DNA from: Candidatus Dadabacteria bacterium
GTDB lineage: Bacteria; Desulfobacterota_D; UBA1144; Nemesobacterales; CSP1-2
Reading direction: 5' to 3'
Assembly (NCBI GenBank): GCA_040289575.1
Contig: PSLL01000032.1
Location: 10,857-24,088 of the forward strand
Length of the DNA stretch: 13,232 nt
The notes under the pieces are model-generated. The model was given only the letters and a program-made list of their open reading frames with translations, searched no databases and had not been told where the DNA came from. Both the position numbers and the translations under genes were made by a program. Shown here piece after piece: positions 7,338 through 13,232 of the stretch; positions within the stretch are counted from its first letter, which is position 1; the number at the start of each line of letters is the position of its first letter.

Positions 7338-9350
7338 CTAAACCTTAGCACCACTCTGTTCGGGGATTTTTACATTATAACGCACTGCGGATTCCTCTTT
7401 TCTTTCGCTTGCACTTGGCCACATTATCACCAATGCTCCGAGTACCAAAACCAACCCTCCTGCCCATATCCAGCTCACCATCGGGTTTATCAGCACCCTG
7501 AAGCTTGCCCTTCCCTTTCCATAAAAGTTCGTGAATATCACATAAATGTCATCTCTAAATGTAGAGCGCAGCGCCACTTCAGTTTGATTGTCTATCTCTC
7601 GATTCCCCTCATACTTATATAGAACCTTCTCTGAGGTTAAAACACCTATCGGCTTATTTTCTGAATTGTACAGGGTCAATGTCGCAGCGGTTATGTCCTT
7701 TGCATTATCCGTGTATTGCCTTATACCATCAAATCTCAAACTGTAACCGCCGATTCTCATAACCTCTCCTCTATTGAGCGTTGCTTCTTTCTGCACGACA
7801 AATGCAGAGGACGCCGTTATCCCTATCACAATTAGAATCACACCTATGTGCACTATATACCCTCCATACCTCCTGCGATTTCTCGAGATAAGATGCAAAA
7901 GCGCCACCAGATAATACTCTCCCCTTTTTGCCCTCACCCTTGCCCCTCTATAAAACTCTGTAAATATAGTAGCCCCTACAAATGCACATAGACCAAATGA
8001 AATAAGCGCGGCAACCTCTCTAATACCCAAAAATAAAAGAACAACTGCAGTTAAGACCCCTAAAATACCGGGATACAGAAAATTCTTCATTAAATTCTCT
8101 TTCGATGCCCTTCTCCATGATATTAGAGGCCCTACACCCATGAGCAGAATCAATATCAGACCCATCGGTACGTTTACACGGTTAAAGTACGGCGGCCCCA
8201 CAAGTATCTTCTCTCCCCTTACAGCCTCAGAAACTATTGGGAAAATCGTCCCCAGAAATACAGAGAATGCCGCACCAAGAAAAACCAGGTTATTAAATAA
8301 GAAGGCGCTCTCCCTCGATAGAATTGAGTCAAATCGGTTTTCACTCTTTAACCCATCGAGCCTCAGTATAAACATCCCAAATGAGAATACCAGTATAAGA
8401 CCAATAAACGATAGAAAATATGAACCTATGTCAGACTGTGAAAATGAATGAACCGATGATATGATTCCGCTCCTTGTAATAAATGTCCCGAGTACTGCAA
8501 GGAAAAACGTTATTATGATTAGAGACATATTCCACTTCTTTAGCATCCCCTTTTTTTCTTGAACCATAACAGAATGAAGGAATGCAGTCCCTGTAAGCCA
8601 GGGCATGAGTGCGGCGTTCTCAACGGGGTCCCATGCCCAGTATCCCCCCCACCCAAGCTCAAGGTATGCCCAACGTGCCCCCAGAAGCAGCCCCGCTCCA
8701 AGAAATGTCCACGCAAGTATTGTCCATTTCCTAGAATTCCTTATCCACTCATCCCCTAACCGTCCGCTAATGAGAGCACCCATTCCAAATGCAAATGGAA
8801 CTGAAACACCTACATAGCCCATATACAGGCAAAGCGGATGTATTGCCATGTATGGATTCTGAAGTAGAGGGTTAAGACCCCTTCCATCATCTACTACATT
8901 TGTAAGCCTCTCAAATGGACTCTCTACAAATCCTACTATGTATATAAAAAATGATGATATGGCGGCAAGTGTACCAATCACATAGGGCATAAGCTCTCTG
9001 CTCTTTCTTCTGTTCTGAACCACAACCAGAGTCATATAAATCGAAAGTATCCATGACCATAGGAGCAGAGACCCCGCCTGTCCCGCCCAAAAGGCAGTAA
9101 TGGTGTATATGGTCGATAGGTCACGACTTGTATTTAAGGCTACATACTTGAGGCTAAAATCACGGGTGAGAAGCGCATATATCAATGAGGCTGAGGCAAT
9201 AGTAAGAAGAAAGCACACGGCAATTGCCCCATTCTCCGCACTCTTTATAAATTCCGATCTCCTCGTTTTCCCACCAAATATAGAAGCAATCAGAGTATAG
9301 ACAGAAATAACAAAGGCAAGAAAAACACAAATACTGCCAGTATCAGCCAT
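7338..9350 (-). CDS. ccmF: Cytochrome c heme lyase subunit CcmF
   Basis: 670 aa polytopic protein. FWAGQAGSLLLW, GRGLNPLLQNP..IHP, WWD motif WAYLELGWGGYWAWDPVENA, FLHS, TFITRSG..SVHSF, IVHIG. All four conserved His are present. Confidence 0.97.
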   Translation of the reverse strand: MADTGSICVFLAFVISVYTLIASIFGGKTRRSEFIKSAENGAIAVCFLLTIASASLIYALLTRDFSLKYVALNTSRDLSTIYTITAFWAGQAGSLLLWSWILSIYMTLVVVQNRRKSRELMPYVIGTLAAISSFFIYIVGFVESPFERLTNVVDDGRGLNPLLQNPYMAIHPLCLYMGYVGVSVPFAFGMGALISGRLGDEWIRNSRKWTILAWTFLGAGLLLGARWAYLELGWGGYWAWDPVENAALMPWLTGTAFLHSVMVQEKKGMLKKWNMSLIIITFFLAVLGTFITRSGIISSVHSFSQSDIGSYFLSFIGLILVFSFGMFILRLDGLKSENRFDSILSRESAFLFNNLVFLGAAFSVFLGTIFPIVSEAVRGEKILVGPPYFNRVNVPMGLILILLMGVGPLISWRRASKENLMKNFLYPGILGVLTAVVLLFLGIREVAALISFGLCAFVGATIFTEFYRGARVRAKRGEYYLVALLHLISRNRRRYGGYIVHIGVILIVIGITASSAFVVQKEATLNRGEVMRIGGYSLRFDGIRQYTDNAKDITAATLTLYNSENKPIGVLTSEKVLYKYEGNREIDNQTEVALRSTFRDDIYVIFTNFYGKGRASFRVLINPMVSWIWAGGLVLVLGALVIMWPSASERKEESAVRYNVKIPEQSGAKV

Positions 9351-9764
9351 TTATGTATTTTTCCCCTTATTTGATTGATTTGCGGGATCGTATTTCGTGG
9401 GGCATTTTGCAAGAAGAACCCTTGCTTGGAACACGTTCTCGGGAGTGTATAGCCCCTCTACCACTGCCTCCACATTATCCCTAAATATATCTGGAACTAT
9501 ACCTCTATATTGCACATCTATTGCCTGTTTCCCATCCGTAATCTTAAACTCAAGACTCCCGTCAATGCCCCTCCTTATTGACCCTGGAACAACCGTGCCT
9601 GAAACCCTCACCTTGTCCTTGTATATGGACGGCACCCTACTCTTAAGCTCTCCTACTGTGAGATAGTAAACCATTGTATCCCTTACACCACCATAGACCA
9701 GGTATGTAAGTGTGGTGGCAATTATCCCAATTGCTAAAATAAATTTAATCTTTCCTCGAATCAT
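9351..9764 (-). CDS. ccmE: Heme chaperone CcmE, CxxxY variant
   Basis: 137 aa. N-terminal TM, VYYLTV, VRVSGTVVPGSI, YRGIVPDIFR..AVVEG, LLAKCPTKY (Cys121/Tyr125). Confidence 0.96.
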   Translation of the reverse strand: MIRGKIKFILAIGIIATTLTYLVYGGVRDTMVYYLTVGELKSRVPSIYKDKVRVSGTVVPGSIRRGIDGSLEFKITDGKQAIDVQYRGIVPDIFRDNVEAVVEGLYTPENVFQARVLLAKCPTKYDPANQSNKGKNT

Positions 9765-9922
9765 CTACTGCTCTGTTGCCTTACCAATCTTGCCAAAGGA
9801 GAATTAAGTGCCTTTATTCTTCTCCTTAGCTCCTTGCTCTTCTTAAGAAGGCTGTAGACATATATAAAAAGCGCAATCCAGAAAATAGCATAAGCCCAAA
9901 ATAGGTATGAAAAATTATCCAC
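9761..9922 (-). CDS. ccmD: Heme exporter small subunit CcmD (not in ORF track)
   Basis: Manual translation, 53 aa from GTG: MDNFSYLFWAYAIFWIALFIYVYSLLKKSKELRRRIKALNSPLARLVRQQSSR*. YLFWAY-type hydrophobic N-terminus followed by a basic helix. Lies exactly between ccmC and ccmE, with GGAG upstream and an ATGA overlap with ccmE. Confidence 0.9.
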   Translation of the reverse strand: MDNFSYLFWAYAIFWIALFIYVYSLLKKSKELRRRIKALNSPLARLVRQQSSR

Positions 9923-9924
9923 TA

Positions 9925-10587
9925 TTACGTTGTCTCCTCAAGTTTGAGCCTCGCCAATTCCTCTTTCATCTTTTCAACACTCATTCTCTCTCTAAGAAGC
10001 ACCACATACAGAAGCGTAAATGTAATAAGGCACACTACAAGCGTAAACATCATCTGAGGTGCGATCCCGCCTCCTCGACCTCCAAAAACCACAGGTGATA
10101 TTCCACGCATGAGCCTTACAGAGAGATAGACAAGAGGTAGATCTATAAAAGCAATTATCCCAAAGACGGCGGCGAATTTAGCCTTTTTTACATCACTGCT
10201 AACCGCAGAGCGGAGCATCAGGTATGCAATATAGAGAATCCACAGAATAAAAGTAGTTGTAAGCTGAGGGTCCCATGTCCACCACGTCCCCCACACGGGT
10301 TTTGCCCATATACTCCCCGTTATAATCGTTAAAGTGGTAAATAAAACCCCTATCTCAGCAGAAGACAGGGCAAGAATGTCCCAAAAGCGGCTTTCCCTGC
10401 GCAGATACTGTATACTCGCAATAAATACAACCGTAAATGCAATCGTGGCAACCCAGACCGCACCCATATGGAAATAAAAAATTCTCTGAATATGTCCCAT
10501 CACCGCTTCAGTCGGGGCATATATAAAAGCCATATATAGAGACGCCATCATTCCAATGAAAGTCAGACCTGCAAGAGTTTTCATCAT
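9925..10587 (-). CDS. ccmC: Heme ABC exporter/heme delivery protein CcmC
   Basis: 220 aa. QRIFYFHMG, GSIWAKPVWGTWWTWDPQLT WWD motif, about 6 TM helices. Positioned between ccmB and ccmD. Confidence 0.95.
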   Translation of the reverse strand: MMKTLAGLTFIGMMASLYMAFIYAPTEAVMGHIQRIFYFHMGAVWVATIAFTVVFIASIQYLRRESRFWDILALSSAEIGVLFTTLTIITGSIWAKPVWGTWWTWDPQLTTTFILWILYIAYLMLRSAVSSDVKKAKFAAVFGIIAFIDLPLVYLSVRLMRGISPVVFGGRGGGIAPQMMFTLVVCLITFTLLYVVLLRERMSVEKMKEELARLKLEETT

Positions 10588-10608
10588 TTTTGATAGAATA
10601 GCCGCTTA

Positions 10609-11277
10609 TTATTCTTCTATTACATATTCAAAAATGACCGTACAGATAACAAGAAAGATTATATCAAACAAAATAAGGATTTGCAAAGAAGAGCCTGCCT
10701 TGGCAATTGGTTTTCCACTGAGTATGACACCGATTAATTTAACCGAGCTAACAATCACAGGAACGATTATAGGAAAGAGCAAAACGGGAAGGAGTACCTC
10801 ACGGAGCTTCGTGTTTACCGCCATAGCCGAAAAAAGGGTTCCAACAGAGACAAACCCAACAGTGCCGAGTAGAATCACAAGTAGGAGTGAGGGGAGATTG
10901 ACAAACAAGTTGTAATTAAAAAATAGGACGAATATCTGGAGAATAATCGCCTCAACGATAAATACAAAAATCATGTTTCCAATCATCTTTCCAAGGAAAA
11001 TGTAGCTTCTATCTATCGGAGAAATAAGCAACCCCAGAATTGAGTTCCACTCCTTCTCAATTGCAAATGAACGGCTAAGCCCAAGTACCCCGGCAAATGT
11101 AAAAGCTACCCAGAGTATTCCCGGCGCGGCAACTGGAATAAATTCTACCGAGAACCCAAATGTAAAACTAAATATGAGTATGATTAGAAGGGCAAACACA
11201 AACATAGATGAGAAGAGTTCCTTTGTTCTAAGCTCGATTATTATGTCCTTCCAAACAATCGCCCAGATTTTTTTCAT
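10609..11277 (-). CDS. ccmB: Heme exporter permease CcmB
   Basis: 222 aa. KDIIIELRTKE, APGILWVAFTFAGVLGLSRSFAIEKE, LGK, REVLLPVLLFPIIVP. Confidence 0.95.
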   Translation of the reverse strand: MKKIWAIVWKDIIIELRTKELFSSMFVFALLIILIFSFTFGFSVEFIPVAAPGILWVAFTFAGVLGLSRSFAIEKEWNSILGLLISPIDRSYIFLGKMIGNMIFVFIVEAIILQIFVLFFNYNLFVNLPSLLLVILLGTVGFVSVGTLFSAMAVNTKLREVLLPVLLFPIIVPVIVSSVKLIGVILSGKPIAKAGSSLQILILFDIIFLVICTVIFEYVIEE

Positions 11278-11298
11278 GATACTGATTTAATTAGAAAA

Positions 11299-11351
11299 TT
11301 AGCCACTGAGACACAAAGAAGTATTTAGTACCTTGCCATCTCCGTGGCTAA
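11299..11351. repeat. Imperfect inverted repeat in the ccmA-ccmB spacer
   Basis: TTAGCCACTGAGA (11299..11311) and TCTCCGTGGCTAA (11339..11351) pair at 12 of 13 positions. The right arm contains the ccmA stop codon. Confidence 0.7.
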
Positions 11352-12064
11352 GCCTTTATTATTTCAAAGTAAATCTCCTTAAATCTCGCAATCTCAACTC
11401 CATCGGCATCGCTTTCATAAATGATCTTCCCATTATCCAAAATTGCAACCTTATCGCTTATCCCAAGCCCTTCAGTAAGGCTATGAGTTGTCATAATTAT
11501 CGTTCGATTCTGTGACTTAAGCCATCTGAGTAAATCCCCAAAAATCCTCCCTCCATGCTGGTCTAAACCCGTATATGGTTCGTCAAGGAGAAGAATCTTC
11601 GGCTCATGTATAATCGCCCTTGCAACGGCAAGGCGCTGCTGCATCCCACGAGAAAACGTCCTTACCAGATCGTGCATTCTGCTCTCAAGCCCTACTCGTT
11701 TAATCAGATCTACAGCTTTCTCTTCGGCTTGAGAAACTCCATACAATGAGGCAAAGAATCTAATATTTTCCAATGCGCTCAAGTTTCCATATAAATAAGG
11801 CTCGTGTGAGATTACGCCAATGAGACCTCTCACTCTATTCGGCTCTTTTTTTATATCATGATTGGCTACTATTAATCTTCCAGATGTAGGCTTAGCAAGA
11901 GTGGCAAGGAGCTTTATTAGAGTAGTTTTCCCCGCCCCGTTTGGGCCAAAAACGGTGAGAAATTCCCCCTTCCTTACACCTAAATCTATTCCATATAGAG
12001 CCTGAATGTTCCCGAATGACTTCGTTACACCCTCGGCGATAATATCAAATTCGGTGCTTTCCAC
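11348..12064 (-). CDS. ccmA: Heme ABC exporter ATP-binding subunit CcmA
   Basis: 238 aa, GTG start. Walker A GPNGAGKTT, signature FSRGMQQRL, Walker B ILLLDEPYTGLD, H-loop MTTH. First gene of the ccm run. Confidence 0.93.
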   Translation of the reverse strand: MESTEFDIIAEGVTKSFGNIQALYGIDLGVRKGEFLTVFGPNGAGKTTLIKLLATLAKPTSGRLIVANHDIKKEPNRVRGLIGVISHEPYLYGNLSALENIRFFASLYGVSQAEEKAVDLIKRVGLESRMHDLVRTFSRGMQQRLAVARAIIHEPKILLLDEPYTGLDQHGGRIFGDLLRWLKSQNRTIIMTTHSLTEGLGISDKVAILDNGKIIYESDADGVEIARFKEIYFEIIKA

Positions 12065-12098
12065 CTAGGTTGTGTCCTTGAATATTGGATTCGGTAGA

Positions 12099-12127
12099 AA
12101 ACTACATTAAAAGAGATAAGGTGGCAA
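12099..12127 (-). promoter_or_regulatory. Putative sigma70 promoter for the ccm operon
   Basis: Minus strand TTGCCA (12127..12122), 17-nt spacer, TAGTTT (12104..12099), about 35 nt upstream of the ccmA GTG. Confidence 0.4.
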
Positions 12128-12178
12128 TTTCATAAAGAAAAAGCTAATTAGTGTTTTGGGGCCTAAGAACCTTTTCGC

Positions 12179-12401
12179 TCATAGCAGATCCTTTAACTCC
12201 TCTCTGCTTATACCTGCCTGCTCTAAGATTTCAAATAACGTTCCCTTTGGTAAATCCTTTTTATAAAGAGGAACGACAACCCTTCTTTTCGTTTCTGGAT
12301 GGTAATAAATATTATGGCTTCTTTTAACCCTATCTAATACAAAGCCCCTCTTTTCAAGTACCTTGATAATTTTCCGAGGTGTAAGGGGGGAGTTTAGGCA
12401 T
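12179..12401 (-). pseudogene. hicA: HicA-family mRNA interferase toxin, frameshifted
   Basis: Manual translation: MPKLP, frameshift in C6 run (12385..12390), then LTPRKIIKVLEKRGFVLDRVKRSHNIYYHPETKRRVVVPLYKKDLPKGTLFEILEQAGISREELKDLL*. 223 nt, not a multiple of 3. The usual GSH is RSH and VPxH is VPLY. Confidence 0.9.
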
Positions 12402-12626
12402 GGGCTTCTATTGTCAAGGTATATTCTAAAGTTTCTTCTTCCGTTGGTATTTCCTCCCCATGTTCTTTTAAACTCTCTATGTACATCTCAATAGCCTCCT
12501 TTGCCATTCTTATTCCTTCCTCTATGGTGCCCCCATATGTAATACAACCAGGAAGAGAAGGCACTACTACTGTATACCCTCCTCAGGTTCTTTTCTAAGT
12601 AAGATTCCACAGCTAAGTAGTTTCAT
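12394..12626 (-). pseudogene. hicB: Short HicB-family antitoxin, frameshifted
   Basis: Manual translation: MKLLSCGILLRKEPE, 1-nt loss near 12580, then GGYTVVVPSLPGCITYGGTIEEGIRMAKEAIEMYIESLKEHGEEIPTEEETLEYTLTIEAHA*. 233 nt. Stop overlaps the hicA start by 8 nt. Confidence 0.9.
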
Positions 12627-12646
12627 GCGCTTACCTTACATTCTCT

Positions 12647-12655
12647 ATTGTAACA
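12647..12655 (-). promoter_or_regulatory. Putative extended -10 promoter for hicBA
   Basis: Minus strand TG-T-TACAAT, ending about 20 nt upstream of the hicB ATG. The -35 match is weak. Confidence 0.35.
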
Positions 12656-12760
12656 AAAACCTTTCCAAACCCAAAAACCTCTTCTCGTTTGTCGTTCAAC
12701 TCCAGATTTCTGAATTATAAGTTCATAATATCATTCATCGTTTCAGAATCCAAATCTCAA

Positions 12761-12789
12761 TTGAATTCTCTCTATGCTTATGTGATACT
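12761..12789 (+). promoter_or_regulatory. Putative sigma70 promoter for gloA
   Basis: TTGAAT (12761..12766), 17-nt spacer, GATACT (12784..12789), preceded by TG at the extended -10 position. GGAGG RBS at 12806..12810. Confidence 0.5.
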
Positions 12790-12817
12790 TTCCAATATAC
12801 GGTTTGGAGGTCAATAG

Positions 12818-13204
12818 ATGCGGTACTTACACACGATGCTCAGGGTTAGAGACCTTGAAAAATCCATTTGGTTTTATACAGAGGTTCTGGGACTTAAACT
12901 GCATAGAAAAACAGATTATCCAGAAGGACGTTTTACATTGGCTTTTATTGGTCATGGAGATGACACAGAGCCGTTTCTGGAATTGACATACAACTGGGAT
13001 ATTAAAGATTACAACAACGGGAATGCCTACGGACACATAGCCTTTGGCGTAAAGGATATTTATGAAACATGCAAGAAGATTGAAGAACTCGGCGGTAAAG
13101 TCGTCAGAGCACCGGGACCAATGAAACATGGAAAAACGGTAATTGCCTTCATAGAGGACCCGGATTCCTACAGAATCGAGTTAATTGAGCGACCCGCTAC
13201 CTGA
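12818..13204 (+). CDS. gloA: Lactoylglutathione lyase (glyoxalase I), short Ni/Co-type
   Basis: 128 aa. MRYLHTMLRVRDLEKSI, LELTYNW, YGHIAF, PGPMKHG, FIEDPD..IELI. Metal ligands H5, E55, H73 and E121 are conserved. Confidence 0.97.
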   Translation: MRYLHTMLRVRDLEKSIWFYTEVLGLKLHRKTDYPEGRFTLAFIGHGDDTEPFLELTYNWDIKDYNNGNAYGHIAFGVKDIYETCKKIEELGGKVVRAPGPMKHGKTVIAFIEDPDSYRIELIERPAT

Positions 13205-13232
13205 ACATAGCCCTAATCGGGGGCGAATGCAA

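Noticed and set aside
7250..7340. 21-aa minus ORF MDCPRELCKHGEKFVSKLAFV and a tRNA T-loop-like GGTTCGATTC after ccmF
   Set aside because: Not a CxxCH or CcmH CxxC motif and the RBS is weak. No cloverleaf can be formed.
12144..12182. 12-aa ORF MSEKVLRPQNTN overlapping the hicA stop (ATGA)
   Set aside because: Too short to assign and no supporting motif.
1299..13129. Numerous 60-152 aa ORFs overlapping the called genes (e.g. 1912..2259, 7164..7622, 8140..8451, 10556..10915, 12827..13129)
   Set aside because: They lie antisense or out of frame within well-supported genes and show no recognisable motifs.

Overview
Bacterial chromosomal window. Its core is a minus-strand System I cytochrome c maturation operon, ccmA-B-C-D-E-F (12064->7338). 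ccmD (9761..9922) is missing from the ORF track and was found by hand. The operon is a variant: CcmE carries CxxxY instead of HxxxY, CcmC appears to lack its second heme-ligating His, and no ccmG or ccmH is in the cluster. Where ccmH/ccmI would sit there are two overlapping genes. One is a TM + CcmI-like helical segment + zinc-ribbon protein. The other is an exported monoheme cytochrome c fused to beta-rich domains, a C-terminal TM and a similar helical segment. This pair is the best candidate for an undescribed system. The other intact genes are a crotonase-family enzyme with mixed MenB/BadI/Oah features, a ferritin-like/VIT1 iron transporter, a YihY/BrkB protein with a C-terminal wHTH-like extension, and gloA. 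Three decayed elements are present: an IS3-family remnant (635..1094), an mscS relic (3567..3860) and a hicB-hicA toxin-antitoxin pair with both genes frameshifted (12179..12626). A leftward sigma54-like promoter (413..429) and several palindromes were also seen. All family calls come from motif recognition by eye; no searches were run.
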